Notes: a model not told the origin generated them from the sequence alone. Counted from the first letter of the stretch, positions 47,585 to 59,507 are shown. The stretch is DNA of 64,000 nt from Nitrospira sp. (GCA_047150005.1 AP038806.1:256001-320000), one strand, 5' to 3'. Translations and numbers: made by a program.

Positions 47585-47952
47585 TGAGCCGATGCCCTCG
47601 CCGCGGCGGCCTTGGCCTCGATGAGCGCGATGAGACGGGAGCCGATGTCGCGGCGTTCAAGCAGTCGAGCGACCTGCTCGACTTCGCCGGCCTTGAAGGC
47701 ACACTCGATGATGGGGGCAAGAAAATGGAGGGCTTGGCTTCCCAGGAAATTCATCGGTCCCATGGATTCCAGGAAAACCGTCGCCGGAGCCGCCATGCCA
47801 CGCTTGACGATCGCTTCGGCCACCCGCTCCATCAATTGGACATCTTCGATCGAGAGGCGCTCCGAGGCGGATTGGGTCGCAAAGGCGTGCTTCAAGCCAG
47901 TCCGGATGTCCCTGAGTCTTTTCGTGAGGTGTTCCTTGGACAGGGAGCGCAT
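47581..47952 (-). CDS. Hypothetical helical protein (operon gene 1)
   Basis: A..IVKRGM..PA.VFLES..P.NF.GSQ..HF..P; ATGA overlap with the glmL-like gene. Confidence 0.8.
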   Translation of the reverse strand: MRSLSKEHLTKRLRDIRTGLKHAFATQSASERLSIEDVQLMERVAEAIVKRGMAAPATVFLESMGPMNFLGSQALHFLAPIIECAFKAGEVEQVARLLERRDIGSRLIALIEAKAAAARASAQ

Positions 47953-47992
47953 AAATGGAGGTCAGACCGAACCAAAACCGAAGCTGGTTCGC

Positions 47993-48021
47993 ATTATATG
48001 GATGGGGTGAAAGAGAGTCAA
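47993..48021 (-). promoter_or_regulatory. Sigma70 promoter of the GlmL-like operon
   Basis: TTGACT-17bp-TATAAT on the minus strand, about 40 bp upstream of the 47952 start. Confidence 0.75.
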
Positions 48022-48093
48022 TTCAAGCCGATGGTCATCCAACGGGGGAGAAGCCGGATTTCGCATGTGGGGTGAACCCGCCTTGCCTTTAAG

Positions 48094-48592
48094 TTGTGGG
48101 TCAATTGCAGAATAGGTTTACTCTGTGTCCTGTTTGCCTTGATCCTCGCCGCGCTTCTGGCATGGCTCTCCTTTAGTGCAGCGAGCATCGGAGGGATGTG
48201 TCTCGCAGGAGTCTTCGGCCTTGTGGGGCTCCTGCCGGTTGCGCCTCTGCCCAACGGGCTTGTGTTGATGAGCGCGATCACGCTCTCGCTGGCGCTGGCA
48301 GAATTTACGACGGGAATGGTCGGCCAGTCACGCGCGCGCACAACCAACGGTTCCTCGTGGGATTCATCAAGGCGGACGAGGGCTGGTTCTCCGGCACATT
48401 CTCCAACTAGAAAATCATCGACCGGCTGGCGGGAATGGGCATTGAGGTGATTGATTTGACGCTTGCCCCGGATACCGGAAGGTTGCAAGGGAGCACTACA
48501 TCCACCGTCTTGATCGACACCCTTCAGCGGAGGCGAACGAGGCTCGCGCCCTCTTGATCAAGCGCTATGTGACCAAAGAGCCATCTCCCTGA
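48094..48592 (+). pseudogene. Internally deleted SGNH-hydrolase-like membrane protein remnant
   Basis: Hydrophobic N-part, then out-of-frame pieces with a stop: ..GIEVIDL.. and ..DRHPSAEANEARA.. (DxHP block-V-like motif). Confidence 0.45.
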
Positions 48593-48593
48593 G

Positions 48594-49205
48594 TTACGCC
48601 GTCGCCTTCTTTTCGCCTATCTTGTTTTCGGTTCCCCTCCACAGCCTGACGATATTGTCTTTGTGCCTGATCCAGATCAGAGTACTGACGAGGATGGCGA
48701 AGATGAGAAACTCCTGTCGCTGCTCGTTCACGATCGCGACCACCGGAAACACGCCAAACGCGGCCAGCGCACCCCCAGAAGAGTATCGCCAGATCGCAAC
48801 TGCTCCCAACCAAATGAGGAGCAGGAGCAACCCCATCGAAGGTGACAGACCCAACACCGATCCCAACGCCGTCGCCACGCCCTTGCCGCCCTTGAAATTC
48901 AGAAAGGGCGAGACCATATGACCGAGAATCGGGGACAAGGCCACGACCATGATGTAGGATTCCACGGTCAGCCACTGCATCGCGCCCCATCCCATCACCC
49001 AACCTTTTCCCATGTCTCCCAGGAGTGTGAGAATGCCGGCCTTCGCGCCTGAGACGCGCAGCACATTGGTGAATCCGACGTTCTTGCTTCCCACCGTGCG
49101 GGGATCCGGCAGAGAAAGAGCCTCGGACACCACCACCCCGAACGGGATGGCGCCCAGCACGTAACCGAACGCTGTCATCAGCGCACAGAGGAATTCTTCT
49201 GCCAT
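48594..49205 (-). CDS. plsY: Glycerol-3-phosphate acyltransferase PlsY
   Basis: GY.LG.IPFG, GS.N.G.TN.LR, D..KG, GH..SPF..FKGGKGVAT, H..NI.RL..G.E. Confidence 0.95.
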   Translation of the reverse strand: MAEEFLCALMTAFGYVLGAIPFGVVVSEALSLPDPRTVGSKNVGFTNVLRVSGAKAGILTLLGDMGKGWVMGWGAMQWLTVESYIMVVALSPILGHMVSPFLNFKGGKGVATALGSVLGLSPSMGLLLLLIWLGAVAIWRYSSGGALAAFGVFPVVAIVNEQRQEFLIFAILVSTLIWIRHKDNIVRLWRGTENKIGEKKATA

Positions 49206-49248
49206 GGGTCGGGGATGATGAAGGAGATGCGCATAAACCGGAGTACGG

Positions 49249-49845
49249 CTAGAGTCCCTTGGCGACGACTTGTTTCCAAAAACTCAGGACATACTGGCCG
49301 CCGGAGACATATCCCAGCACAAGCGAGAGATACAACGTCACGATCCCGGCCAAATGGAGGTTCCCCCATTCTGAGACCTCGGTACCTTCCAAAATCAGCA
49401 TCGTGATCGCTACGACCTGGAGCGCCATCTTGTATTTTCCGGTGGTCTCCGCACTGATGATCATCCCCTCGCCTGCCGCGATGGCGCGAATACCCGTCAC
49501 CGCCACTTCCCGTGCGATGACCAAAATGGCCACGAGCGCACTGACACGATCCACGTTGACGAGAAGGATCAGGGCGGAGAGCACGAGCAACTTGTCGGCA
49601 ATGGGATCGAGCAACTTGCCCAGTCTGGTGACCTGCCCGGTCCGCCGTGCCACATAGCCGTCCAGCAAATCGGTCATCGCCGCGACCACAAAGATCACCG
49701 CCGCGCTCAGAGATCGGTCTTCGGTCGGAGTGATGAACAGCAGGACAAAAACAGGAATCAGCAGGATGCGGAACAGGGTGATGAAATTCGGCAGGTTGAG
49801 GGACTCCTGGCCGACGGCTCTCCACATCTCGACGACACGATTCAT
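49249..49845 (-). CDS. pgsA: CDP-diacylglycerol--glycerol-3-phosphate 3-phosphatidyltransferase
   Basis: NLPN.IT..R, TD.LDGY.AR....T.LGK.LDP.ADK, RE..VTG.R, GK.K...Q. Confidence 0.95.
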   Translation of the reverse strand: MNRVVEMWRAVGQESLNLPNFITLFRILLIPVFVLLFITPTEDRSLSAAVIFVVAAMTDLLDGYVARRTGQVTRLGKLLDPIADKLLVLSALILLVNVDRVSALVAILVIAREVAVTGIRAIAAGEGMIISAETTGKYKMALQVVAITMLILEGTEVSEWGNLHLAGIVTLYLSLVLGYVSGGQYVLSFWKQVVAKGL

Positions 49846-49894
49846 AATTCAGCATCCTGAGGGCAGGCGCCCTCTTCAAGATCAACGAAACCGT

Positions 49895-50923
49895 CTATAC
49901 AATGCCGTGCTTCAACAAATCATGCAAATGAATCACGCCGACGATCTTTCGGGCGCCTTCAGTCACAACCAAGGTCGTAATCGAATGTCGCTCCATCATC
50001 TCCACCGCCTTAGCGGCCAGATCGTCCGGCCCGATCGATTTCGGATTGCGGGAAGCGAGTTCGCTTGCCGTAGCCTTCAGGAAGTCTCCGCCTCGTTGAA
50101 TGAATCTCCGCAAATCACCGTCCGTGATGACGCCGCTCAGCGCGCCGGTTCGATCGACCACCGTGGTCATCCCAAGCTTCTTGGCCGTCATTTCCAGCAT
50201 GGCCGTCGTGCCCGTGACGGACTCTTCCACTGTGGGTACATCCTGGCCGGCGTGCATGAGATCTTTGACGCGAACGAGCAGACGTCGGCCGAGCGCACCG
50301 CCCGGATGGAACTGTGCGTAGTCTTCCTCCTGGAACCCCCGCTTCTGCAGCAGCGCGAGGGCCAAGGCATCGCCCAGCGCCAAGGTGGCCGTCGTACTCG
50401 CGGTCGGTGCAAGACCCAACGGACAAGCCTCTTCGGATACAGACACATCCAACACCACATCACTGTGCTTGGCCAACGTCGAGGCCAGCCGACCCGTCAT
50501 CGCGACGACGGGAATGCCCATGCGTTCCATGTAGGGCAGCAATTGGAGAAGCTCCTGCGCCTCTCCGCTGTTCGAGATGGCCACGACGACATCATGTCGG
50601 CCGACCATGCCCAGGTCGCCGTGAAGACCTTCCGCCGGATGGAGAAAGAAGGCCGGAGTGCCGGTGCTGGCCATGGTCGCGGCGATCTTCTGGCCCACGA
50701 GGCCGGACTTTCCCATACCGGACACGACGACTTTTCCTTTACAACCATACAGCAGATCGACGGCCTGCACGAATCGATCGTCTAGGCGATCGACCAACGC
50801 TTGAACCGCGCGCGCCTCAATTCCGAGCACGCGCTTGCCTTCGCGAAGACTGCCGCCCGATCTTTTGGCGGAGACGGACGGTCCCGAAGGATGGCTCACT
50901 TTGCGGGACTTGTTGCGTCGCAT
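49895..50923 (-). CDS. kdsD: Arabinose-5-phosphate isomerase (KpsF/GutQ; SIS plus 2 CBS)
   Basis: [39 protein letters not shown]. Confidence 0.93.
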   Translation of the reverse strand: MRRNKSRKVSHPSGPSVSAKRSGGSLREGKRVLGIEARAVQALVDRLDDRFVQAVDLLYGCKGKVVVSGMGKSGLVGQKIAATMASTGTPAFFLHPAEGLHGDLGMVGRHDVVVAISNSGEAQELLQLLPYMERMGIPVVAMTGRLASTLAKHSDVVLDVSVSEEACPLGLAPTASTTATLALGDALALALLQKRGFQEEDYAQFHPGGALGRRLLVRVKDLMHAGQDVPTVEESVTGTTAMLEMTAKKLGMTTVVDRTGALSGVITDGDLRRFIQRGGDFLKATASELASRNPKSIGPDDLAAKAVEMMERHSITTLVVTEGARKIVGVIHLHDLLKHGIV

Positions 50924-51723
50924 ATCCGCATCACACGCTCAAGGAGCGCCTTCAATTGGTGGAGCGGAACCATGTTCGGTCCATCGGACAGGGCCTGATC
51001 AGGATCCGGATGTACTTCCATGAAGAACCCGTCGACGCCGGCACCGGCGGCGGCGCAGGCGAGCGGCTCTACGAATTCCCGCTGGCCGCTCGACTTGGTT
51101 CCGCCTCCCCCGGGAAGCTGCACGCTGTGCGTGGCATCGAAGACGACCGGATACCCGAAGCTGCGCAGAATGGGAAAGGACCGCATATCGACGACCAGAT
51201 TGTTGTACCCGAACGACGAGCCCCGTTCCGTAAGCACGATTCGAGTATTGCCGCATTCTTCCAATTTCTTCACCGCATTGCCCATCTCCGGAGGAGAGAG
51301 GAATTGGCCCTTCTTGACGTTGACGACCTTCCCCGTCTTGGCGGCGGCGATGAGCAAATCTGTCTGCCGGCAGAGGAACGCCGGGATCTGCAGCACATCG
51401 ACGACTGTACCGGCCTCCGTCGCATCCGCTTCGGTATGGACGTCGGTCAGGACCGCAACCCCCACCTCTCGTTTGACTTTGGCGAGCACCTCAAGCCCTT
51501 TCTTGAGCCCCGGCCCGCGGAACGAATGGATCGAGGTTCGATTCGCCTTGTCGTACGAGGATTTGAAGACATACGGCATCCCGAGGGCTCGTGTCATCTC
51601 GGCGATGCGCCCCGCCGTGTCCAGCACCAGTTGCTCGCTCTCGATCACGCAGGGGCCGGCGATCAAGAACGGACGTTGTCCTTGCCCAACCTTGAACGCA
51701 CCTATATCGACAAGCATCGGCAT
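50896..51723 (-). CDS. kdsA: KDO 8-phosphate synthase
   Basis: [48 protein letters not shown]. Confidence 0.97.
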   Translation of the reverse strand: MPMLVDIGAFKVGQGQRPFLIAGPCVIESEQLVLDTAGRIAEMTRALGMPYVFKSSYDKANRTSIHSFRGPGLKKGLEVLAKVKREVGVAVLTDVHTEADATEAGTVVDVLQIPAFLCRQTDLLIAAAKTGKVVNVKKGQFLSPPEMGNAVKKLEECGNTRIVLTERGSSFGYNNLVVDMRSFPILRSFGYPVVFDATHSVQLPGGGGTKSSGQREFVEPLACAAAGAGVDGFFMEVHPDPDQALSDGPNMVPLHQLKALLERVMRICDATSPAK

Positions 51724-51724
51724 T

Positions 51725-51760
51725 CTTCAACCTCAACCTGAACCTCAACCTTACCTGAGA
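51725..51760. repeat. Short hexamer tandem repeat (CAACCT/GAACCT)
   Basis: ttcaacctcaacctgaacctcaaccttacctga between pyrG and kdsA. Confidence 0.6.
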
Positions 51761-53362
51761 TCAGTGTCCCAACTTGCCGCGCACTGCGGCCCCGACAAAT
51801 CCGCTGAACAGGGGGTGAGGCCGATGCGGACGTGAGTTGTATTCAGGATGAAACTGCGTGGCGAGAAACCACGGATGATTCTTCAGCTCGACGATCTCCA
51901 CCAGACGTCCGTCCGGCGAGAGCCCGCTCAACACCAACCCCTTGGCCGTCAATTGTTCCCGATACGTGTTGTTGAACTCGTATCGATGGCGATGGCGCTC
52001 AGTGACCTCGCTGAGCCCGTACATCTTCTGCGCGAGCGTCCCTTCGCCCAGCTTGCACAGATAGGCGCCCAACCGCATCGTGCCGCCTTTGTCACTGACC
52101 GATTGTTGGTCCGACATCAGATGGATCACCGGATGCGGGGAACGCTCGTCGAATTCCGCGCTGTTGGCGCCAGCCAGTCCGGCGACATGGCGCGCGAACT
52201 CGATCGTGGCGCACTGCATGCCCAAACAGAGCCCCAGGAACGGAATGTGTCGTTCCCGCGCATAGCGGATCGTGGTGATCTTTCCTTCAATTCCACGGGA
52301 ACCGAAACCGCCGGGAATGAGGATGCCGTCCGCTTCGCGCAAGATACGTTCGGTTCCTTGCCGCTCAATGTCCTCCGATTCGATCCAGTCGATGTTGACT
52401 TTGGTCTCGTGGTCAATGCCTCCGTGCACCAGCGCTTCAGCCAGGCTCTTGTAACACTCCTTCAACCCGGCATACTTCCCCACGAGCGCAATGGACACTT
52501 CATGCTTGGGATGCTTGATCTTCTGCACCATGGCATCCCATTCGCGAAGATTCGGCGGGCCGGTTTCCAGTTTGAGCTGCTTGACGATCAATTCGTCCAA
52601 TCCTTCCTTTCGGAAGACGATCGGCACTTCGTAAATGGTCTCGACGTCCTTTGCCGTGATCACCGCATCCTTTTCGACGTTGCAGAACATCGCGATCTTG
52701 CCCTTGAGCTCGGGCGGCAAGTACCGGTCGGTCCGGCAGAGCAGGATGTTGGGCTGGATACCGATCTCCCGCAGCTTGTTGACGGAATGCTGGGTCGGTT
52801 TCGTCTTCAGTTCCCCGGCCGCTCCGATGTACGGCACCAGCGTGAGATGCACATACAGGACGTTTTCTCGGCCGACGTCGTACGGCATCTGGCGAATAGC
52901 CTCGAGAAACGGCAGGCTTTCGATGTCTCCGACCGTGCCGCCGATTTCGACGATCGTCACATCCATGCCCTTCGAGATGCGCATGATGCATTGCTTGATC
53001 TCATCCGTGACGTGCGGGACGACTTGCACCGTCCCGCCGAGATAGTCGCCCCGCCGTTCCTTGGTGATCACGGAATTGTAGATACGCCCGGTCGTGTAGT
53101 TATTCTCCTTGTTCAGCGTCAGCGAGGTGTACCGCTCGTAGTGGCCGAGGTCCAGATCGGTTTCAGCCCCGTCGTCCGTCACGAACACTTCGCCATGTTG
53201 GTAGGGGTTCATGGTTCCCGGATCGACGTTGATGTAGGGATCCAGCTTCAAAAAGGTGATCTTGAGGCCGCGGCTTTCCAGCAGATTGCCGATCGACGCC
53301 GAAGCCAATCCCTTACCGAGGGAGGAGACGACACCGCCGGTGACGAAGATGAATTTGCTCAT
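51761..53362 (-). CDS. pyrG: CTP synthase
   Basis: [67 protein letters not shown]. Confidence 0.98.
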   Translation of the reverse strand: MSKFIFVTGGVVSSLGKGLASASIGNLLESRGLKITFLKLDPYINVDPGTMNPYQHGEVFVTDDGAETDLDLGHYERYTSLTLNKENNYTTGRIYNSVITKERRGDYLGGTVQVVPHVTDEIKQCIMRISKGMDVTIVEIGGTVGDIESLPFLEAIRQMPYDVGRENVLYVHLTLVPYIGAAGELKTKPTQHSVNKLREIGIQPNILLCRTDRYLPPELKGKIAMFCNVEKDAVITAKDVETIYEVPIVFRKEGLDELIVKQLKLETGPPNLREWDAMVQKIKHPKHEVSIALVGKYAGLKECYKSLAEALVHGGIDHETKVNIDWIESEDIERQGTERILREADGILIPGGFGSRGIEGKITTIRYARERHIPFLGLCLGMQCATIEFARHVAGLAGANSAEFDERSPHPVIHLMSDQQSVSDKGGTMRLGAYLCKLGEGTLAQKMYGLSEVTERHRHRYEFNNTYREQLTAKGLVLSGLSPDGRLVEIVELKNHPWFLATQFHPEYNSRPHRPHPLFSGFVGAAVRGKLGH

Positions 53363-53402
53363 GGGCACCCCCGTTCGTCCGACCTTGATGCGCGCGACGC
53401 CC

Positions 53403-54203
53403 TCATCGAGCCGACACCGTCTTACCGACCCTGGGTTCCTGTTTCTGTGACTCGTACTGCCTCAGCTTGTCCGCGACCTCTACGGCATCCTCCGGCGTAT
53501 CCACTCGGAGCGAACGATGCGACGTCTCCCACACGCGAATCCGCATCCCTTGCTGAAGCGCGCGCAGCTGTTCGAGTTTTTCGGCGTCCTCCAGCTGGCT
53601 CGTGGGCCATCCTGCAAATCGCAGCAACGCCTCGTGCCGGTAGATGTACAGACCGAGATGCACGTAATGCAACCGGCTCGCGACTTGCCCGCGGATGCCG
53701 TCGCGGACGAGCGGGATCGGCGCCCTGGAGAAATACAAGGCATAGCCCTGCGAATCCGTCACAACCTTGACGACCGCCGGATTATCCAGTGCATTCTCCG
53801 TGTCCATCGCCCGCTTCAACGTGCCCATATCTGCGTCGCAACCGAGGAAAGGCTCGATCAAATCTTCGAGAAGCGCCGGAGTCACGGGAATTTCGTCTCC
53901 CTGCAGATTGACGAAGTATTCCCCCGGCACGGTCCGGGCAACGGCCGCCACCCGATCCGTGCCGGTCCGATAGTCGCCCGTGACCATGACCGCCCGACCG
54001 CCGAACCGTTCCACCGCGTCTCGGATCCGTTCATCGTCCGTCGCAACAAGCACTTCCTTGACCGAGCGGCAAGACGCGGCTTGCTCGTAAACGAGCTGAA
54101 TCAAGGGCTTTCGTCCCAACATAACCAGCGGCTTTCCGGGAAAGCGGGATGAGCCGTAGCGAGCGGGAATGACAACCATGACTTGAGGCTTCACGCCGGT
54201 CAT
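53403..54203 (-). CDS. kdsB: 3-deoxy-manno-octulosonate cytidylyltransferase
   Basis: [46 protein letters not shown]. Confidence 0.96.
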   Translation of the reverse strand: MTGVKPQVMVVIPARYGSSRFPGKPLVMLGRKPLIQLVYEQAASCRSVKEVLVATDDERIRDAVERFGGRAVMVTGDYRTGTDRVAAVARTVPGEYFVNLQGDEIPVTPALLEDLIEPFLGCDADMGTLKRAMDTENALDNPAVVKVVTDSQGYALYFSRAPIPLVRDGIRGQVASRLHYVHLGLYIYRHEALLRFAGWPTSQLEDAEKLEQLRALQQGMRIRVWETSHRSLRVDTPEDAVEVADKLRQYESQKQEPRVGKTVSAR

Positions 54204-55237
54204 CCCTCCAATGCTTCCGCCAGTTGCGTCGCGCTGACCGTCGCCGTGCCGACCATGCCGACGACGACGCCGGCAGCCTGATTGGCCAATGACGCGGCTT
54301 CGCGCATCGAGGCACCGGTCGACAACGCAAGCGCCATGGTGCCGACCACCGTATCGCCCGCTCCGGTGACGTCATAGACCTGCCGAGCCCGTGTCGGAAT
54401 GTGCCACGACACGCCGTCGGCTTCGAACAGGCTCATGCCGCGTTCGCCTCGCGTCACCAGGACGGACCGGCAACCGAGCCGTTGACGGATGACCGATCCG
54501 GCCTCCTGGATGACCTGATCATCGTCGCCGTGCAAGCCGGCGGCCTGCGTGGCTTCGAGATGGTTCGGCGTGATCACGGTGACGCCCTTGTAATAGCTGA
54601 AGTGCTCGACTTTCGGATCGACGATGATCGGAATCTGCCGGAGGACCGCGAGCTTGGTCAGCTCGGACATCAACGTCGCGGTCACGACGCCTTTGCAGTA
54701 ATCGGACACCACCAAGCAGGAGAGTTCGCGCAGACGGGATTCCACATACCGGAGAATGCGCTTCTGCAACGCCGGTTTCAATTCGCCCCGCCGCTCCAAA
54801 TCATAGCGGACGACCTGCTGATTGTGCGCAATGACACGGGATTTTCTGGTGGTCGGCCGATCGTGATCGATGACGACTCCACCCCGGCCTGTGCGCTTCG
54901 CACTCAATTCCTTCAGCAGCTTCCGCCCCGTCTCATCCGGACCAATCGCACCGCACAGGTCCGCCTTGCCCCCGAGCGCCAGAATATTATTGAACACGTT
55001 GGCGGCTCCGCCGAGCTTCACGGACTCGGATTCCACATGCACCACCGGCACCGGCGCCTCCGGAGAAATGCGGCTGACACGGCCCCAGATGTAATGATCC
55101 AGAATCAGATCGCCGATGACCAGGACCGAAGCCTGAGGGAATCTCTGGATATAACGCCGAAGGGTGGCGTTGGATACCCCCTCCGCCCGTCCCGAAGCCT
55201 CAGACTTCGCTGTGGAGGATCGAGGAGATCTGCTCAT
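54200..55237 (-). CDS. rfaE1: D-glycero-beta-D-manno-heptose-7-phosphate kinase (stand-alone RfaE domain I / HldA)
   Basis: GD.ILD.Y..G.V.RISPEAPVP, GGAANV, SDY.KG, TPN..EA, DVTGAGDT; ATGA overlaps at both ends. Confidence 0.93.
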   Translation of the reverse strand: MSRSPRSSTAKSEASGRAEGVSNATLRRYIQRFPQASVLVIGDLILDHYIWGRVSRISPEAPVPVVHVESESVKLGGAANVFNNILALGGKADLCGAIGPDETGRKLLKELSAKRTGRGGVVIDHDRPTTRKSRVIAHNQQVVRYDLERRGELKPALQKRILRYVESRLRELSCLVVSDYCKGVVTATLMSELTKLAVLRQIPIIVDPKVEHFSYYKGVTVITPNHLEATQAAGLHGDDDQVIQEAGSVIRQRLGCRSVLVTRGERGMSLFEADGVSWHIPTRARQVYDVTGAGDTVVGTMALALSTGASMREAASLANQAAGVVVGMVGTATVSATQLAEALEG

Positions 55238-56010
55238 TGGATAGCCTTGGCGAACCGCTCCCATCGAACCCATTCCGTCCACTGTCCGTGACCGCTCCAC
55301 GACCAATAGATCCGAAATGCCTTGCCGCGGATCTTTTCTTCCCGCACGTAGCCCCAAAACCGGCTGTCGAGGCTTTGGTCGCGATTGTCGCCCATGACGA
55401 AATATGACCCCTCGGGCACCGTCACGGGACCGAAGTTATCCCGCGGGTTGATGGTCCCGTCGATAATGCCGGGGTCGATGCGCTGCGTAAACGTCTTGTC
55501 GTCCAGCGGCACTCCGTTGATCAACACGACCTTGTTCTTCACCTGCACCTGATCACCCGGGATGCCGACGATCCGCTTGATGAAATCCTTTTCTTCGTCC
55601 TCAGGGAAGCGAAACACGATGATGTCGCCTCGCTGCGGCTTCCCGAACTCGACGATGGCATGGGACGCATAGCAGTTAATCGGCGGAAATCCCCATTGAA
55701 ACTTGCACTGACTCGGCCATTGAATTCCATAAGACAGCTTGCTGACAAGGATGTGATCGCCGATCAGCAGAGTGGGAATCATCGAACCGGAGGGAATCTT
55801 GAACGCCTGCACGACGAACACCCGAATCGCAAAGGCCAAGAGCATCGCCACGACGATCGCCTCTGCATACTCCCGAAAGACGGACTTTCTGGCCGGCTGT
55901 GCTATGGCGGCCTGTTCCGCCAACGATGCCGAGTTGCCGGCGTCCCGAGTCGTCTCCCGCACGGGAGAGACAAGATCCTCCGTGCCCGGCCTGTTCGGCT
56001 CCATGCTCAT
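55234..56010 (-). CDS. lepB: Signal peptidase I
   Basis: IPSGSM.PTL..GD, RGDI.VF, FIKRIVG.PGD, MGDNRD.S.DSR.WG. Confidence 0.96.
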   Translation of the reverse strand: MSMEPNRPGTEDLVSPVRETTRDAGNSASLAEQAAIAQPARKSVFREYAEAIVVAMLLAFAIRVFVVQAFKIPSGSMIPTLLIGDHILVSKLSYGIQWPSQCKFQWGFPPINCYASHAIVEFGKPQRGDIIVFRFPEDEEKDFIKRIVGIPGDQVQVKNKVVLINGVPLDDKTFTQRIDPGIIDGTINPRDNFGPVTVPEGSYFVMGDNRDQSLDSRFWGYVREEKIRGKAFRIYWSWSGHGQWTEWVRWERFAKAIQ

Positions 56011-57818
56011 TCGTCACCGACCTTGAGAATCGCCAGAAAGGCCTCTTGCGGCACTTCGACACTGCCGACGGCTTTCATCCGCTTCTTCCCTTCCTTTTGT
56101 TTCTCCAGAAGCTTTCGCTTTCGAGTGATGTCGCCGCCGTAACACTTGGCCGTCACGTTCTTCTTCATAGCGCCGATCGTCTCGCGCGCAATGATCTTGT
56201 TGCCGATCGCGGCCTGAATGGCAATCTCGAACATTTGCCGAGGAATCAACTCCTTCATCTTTTCCGCCAACTGCCGCCCGCGTGGATAGGATCGGTCCCG
56301 ATGCGTGATGAAGGACAACGCGTCAACCGCTTCTCCGTTCAGAAGGATGTCGAGCTTCACGAGGTCGGACTCCCGATATCCCAACAATTCATAGTCGAGC
56401 GACGCGTAACCCTGCGTGCGCGACTTCAGCTTGTCGTAGAAGTCGAGAATCACCTCGTTCAACGGCAGCTCATAACTGATCATCACTCTGGTGGGGTCCA
56501 GGAAGTGAATGCTTCGTTGGATGCCTCGCCGCTCCTGGCACAACTGAAGAATGGCGCCCATGTAACGTTCGGGTGTGATGACCGTGGCGAGAATGAACGG
56601 CTCCTCGAAGGACTGAATGCTGCCCGGGGGCGGCAATTCGGCCGGATTGTCAATCTCCAGCACCTCTCCCTTCGTCGTCGTCACGCGGTACACCACGGTC
56701 GGCGCCGTCGTGATGAGAGTCAACCCGTACTCCCGCTCGAGTCGTTCCTGAATAATTTCCATATGGAGCAGCCCGAGAAAGCCGCATCGGAACCCGAATC
56801 CCAACGCGAGCGAGGTTTCCGGTTCATACACAAACGAGGAATCGTTCAGTCGCAGCTTCAAGAGCGCGTCCCGGAGATCTTCGTACTTCGAGGTGTCCGT
56901 CGAGTAAAGGCCGCAAAATACCAGCGGCTTCACTTCTTTATAGCCGGGAAATGGCTCGGACGTCGGCTGAATCGCGTCGGTGAGCGTGTCACCGATCTTG
57001 ACGTCCGCGACTTCCTTCATGTTGGCACAGAGATAGCCAACCTCGCCGGTCAACAACTCGCTTTTCTTGGTCCGCTTCGGCGTAAATTGGCCGACTTCCA
57101 TGACCTCGAAGGTCCTGTCGTTCGACATGACCTTGATCTTCATGCCGGGCCGCACCGTTCCATCGACGATTCTCGTCAGCACGATCACACCTTGATAGTT
57201 GTCGAACCAGGAATCGAAGATAAGGGCCTTGAGCGGGGCGGCAGGATCGCCGGACGGCGGAGGGATCCGTTCGATGACGGCTTCCAGGACTTCGGGTACC
57301 CCGCGGCCTTCCTTGGCACTGATCGGCAACGCGTCGCTCGACTCGAGCATCAGCACTTCGGAAATCGAGTGCTTCGTATTCTCGACATCGGCGCTGGCCA
57401 AATCAATCTTGTTGATGACCGGGATAATGGTCAGCTTGTTGGCCATCGCCAGGTTGACATTGGCGATCGTCTGGGCCTGGACTCCCTGGGTCGCATCGAC
57501 GAGCAAGAGCGCTCCTTCACAGGCGGCAAGGCTTCTGGAGACCTCATAGGTGAAGTCGACGTGCCCCGGCGTGTCGATCAGGTGCAGCGCGTAAGTCCGG
57601 CCGTCCTTGGCGCGATACTTGATCGCCACGGCATGAGCCTTGATCGTAATGCCCCGCTCGCGCTCCAGATCCATGGCATCCAGGATCTGGTCCTTGGCTT
57701 CCCGAGCAGTAACGGCGCCAGTAGCTTCTAAGAACCGGTCAGCGAGGGTCGATTTGCCGTGATCGATATGTGCGATAATTGAGAAATTGCGTATAAGGCT
57801 TTGCAAATCCAGGCTCAT
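56007..57818 (-). CDS. lepA: Elongation factor 4 (LepA)
   Basis: [57 protein letters not shown]. Start set at MSLDLQ because a consensus promoter lies at 57837-57865. Confidence 0.97.
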   Translation of the reverse strand: MSLDLQSLIRNFSIIAHIDHGKSTLADRFLEATGAVTAREAKDQILDAMDLERERGITIKAHAVAIKYRAKDGRTYALHLIDTPGHVDFTYEVSRSLAACEGALLLVDATQGVQAQTIANVNLAMANKLTIIPVINKIDLASADVENTKHSISEVLMLESSDALPISAKEGRGVPEVLEAVIERIPPPSGDPAAPLKALIFDSWFDNYQGVIVLTRIVDGTVRPGMKIKVMSNDRTFEVMEVGQFTPKRTKKSELLTGEVGYLCANMKEVADVKIGDTLTDAIQPTSEPFPGYKEVKPLVFCGLYSTDTSKYEDLRDALLKLRLNDSSFVYEPETSLALGFGFRCGFLGLLHMEIIQERLEREYGLTLITTAPTVVYRVTTTKGEVLEIDNPAELPPPGSIQSFEEPFILATVITPERYMGAILQLCQERRGIQRSIHFLDPTRVMISYELPLNEVILDFYDKLKSRTQGYASLDYELLGYRESDLVKLDILLNGEAVDALSFITHRDRSYPRGRQLAEKMKELIPRQMFEIAIQAAIGNKIIARETIGAMKKNVTAKCYGGDITRKRKLLEKQKEGKKRMKAVGSVEVPQEAFLAILKVGDE

Positions 57819-57836
57819 TCTGGGGAAAATCGCTTC

Positions 57837-57887
57837 ATTATAGTAACTGACCCGAAGGTTGTCAAAGCGATCAGCCGCTCGTATAAT
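57837..57887. promoter_or_regulatory. Overlapping divergent sigma70 promoters (lepA and bioA)
   Basis: Minus: TTGACA(57865-60)-17-TATAAT(57842-37). Plus: TTGTCA(57859-64)-17-TATAAT(57882-87). Confidence 0.8.
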
Positions 57888-57964
57888 TCGCCGCGCACGT
57901 TGACGAATCGCCGCAACCGGCGCGTAACTCTCCTCGCCGATCACCATCCGACCACCACCGCACA

Positions 57965-59344
57965 ATGCCGAAACGCATCACCACGGGGCAGTTGGGTCAG
58001 TGGGACCGGACCTACCTCTGGCATCCCTTTACGCAGATGCAGGAATGGGAAGCGGAGGAACCGTTGATCATCGAACGGGGCACCGGCCCCTACCTGATCG
58101 ACAGAGCGGGTCGAAAATACCTCGACGGCACGTCCTCGATCTGGGTGAACCTACACGGCCATCGACATCGAGCGCTCGATCGCGCGCTTCGGAATCAACT
58201 CGGCCGGATCGCGCATTCCACGCTGTTGGGTCTCTCGAACACTCCGGCCATCTTGCTGGCCCGTGAGCTGATCCGCCTGGCACCCACAGGGCTGCGGCGC
58301 GTATTCTACTCCGATGACGGTTCCACCGCCGTGGAGGCCGCCCTTAAGATGGCCGTCCAGTACTGGCAGCAGCACGATCCCACGGCCGGTCCCAAACACC
58401 TGTTTCTGCATCTCAAGCTTGCCTACCATGGGGATACGATCGGCGCGGTCAGCGTCGGCAATATCGAAACGTTCCATTCGCGCTTCCAACCATTGCTCTT
58501 CCCAACCCTCGAAGCCGAACCACCATACTGCTACCGTTGCCCGCTGAACCTTCGATTCCCCTCCTGTGGAATCGCCTGTCTGGATCCGATCGAGCAGATC
58601 ATGCGGATGCGCGGTCATGAACTCGCGGGGGTGATCATCGAACCGTTGGTGCAGGCCGCCGCGGGAATGATTACGGCACCACCCGGATACTTGAAACGCA
58701 TCCGCACACTCTGCACTCAACACAACGTGCTCATGATTGCCGACGAAGTCGCCACAGGATTCGGGCGTACCGGGAAGATGTTCGCCTGCCAACACGAGAG
58801 CGTGACCCCGGATCTGATGGCGATCAGCAAGGGTATCACGGGCGGGTATATGCCCCTGGCCGCCACGCTCGCCACGGAGGAGGTGTACGCAGCCTTCCGG
58901 GGGAAATTCGAGGAACTCAAGACCTTCTTTCATGGGCACAGCTACACCGGCAATCAGTTGGGTTGCGCCGTAGCGCTCGCCAACCTTGCCGTCTTCCGAA
59001 AGGAACGGACCCTCCTGCGCCTGCGGCCCAAGATCGCCGCGATGACCCGCCTCCTTCAATCCATGACCTTGCTTCGTCATGTCGGAGACGTCCGCCAGCA
59101 GGGATTCATGGTCGGCATCGAGCTGGTACGAAACAAGCTGACAAAAGAACCCTATCCTTTCGAAATGAGAATAGGTCATCGCGTCGCCCAGGAGGCTCGC
59201 CGGCGAGGTCTCCTGCTCCGTCCCCTCGGAAATGTCATGGTCCTCATGCCACCGTTGGCAACAACTGTTCCCACCCTGACACGGATGGTGGCGCTGCTGC
59301 GGCAGTCCATCCAGCAAGTAACCGAGACCCAGTCAGCGCCGTAG
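57965..59344 (+). CDS. bioA: Adenosylmethionine-8-amino-7-oxononanoate aminotransferase
   Basis: WHPFTQM, D..SS.W...[54 protein letters not shown]. Confidence 0.95.
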   Translation: MPKRITTGQLGQWDRTYLWHPFTQMQEWEAEEPLIIERGTGPYLIDRAGRKYLDGTSSIWVNLHGHRHRALDRALRNQLGRIAHSTLLGLSNTPAILLARELIRLAPTGLRRVFYSDDGSTAVEAALKMAVQYWQQHDPTAGPKHLFLHLKLAYHGDTIGAVSVGNIETFHSRFQPLLFPTLEAEPPYCYRCPLNLRFPSCGIACLDPIEQIMRMRGHELAGVIIEPLVQAAAGMITAPPGYLKRIRTLCTQHNVLMIADEVATGFGRTGKMFACQHESVTPDLMAISKGITGGYMPLAATLATEEVYAAFRGKFEELKTFFHGHSYTGNQLGCAVALANLAVFRKERTLLRLRPKIAAMTRLLQSMTLLRHVGDVRQQGFMVGIELVRNKLTKEPYPFEMRIGHRVAQEARRRGLLLRPLGNVMVLMPPLATTVPTLTRMVALLRQSIQQVTETQSAP

Positions 59345-59507
59345 ACTGCCCCATCTCTCCTGCCGCCCTGCTATTTATAATCGATATGGACTATGCTCCA
59401 GAAATAGCCGAGTGCGAGAATTACAAAACCTTATAAACCAATAAGTTAGATGGGTAAATTTCGAGTGCTAGACTTCATATGTTCCGCCGTTCTGGAACAT
59501 ATGGATC

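Noticed and set aside
51848..57731. Long plus-strand ORFs (51848-53770, 640 aa; 55899-57731, 610 aa)
   Set aside because: Antisense to pyrG/kdsB and lepA; typical shadow ORFs.
57819..57965. N-terminal extension of LepA given in the ORF track (and similar extensions for 5322, 9753, 27303, 41661, 55357)
   Set aside because: The extensions cover promoters, repeats or neighbouring genes; downstream starts fit RBS, ATGA overlaps and family N-termini better.
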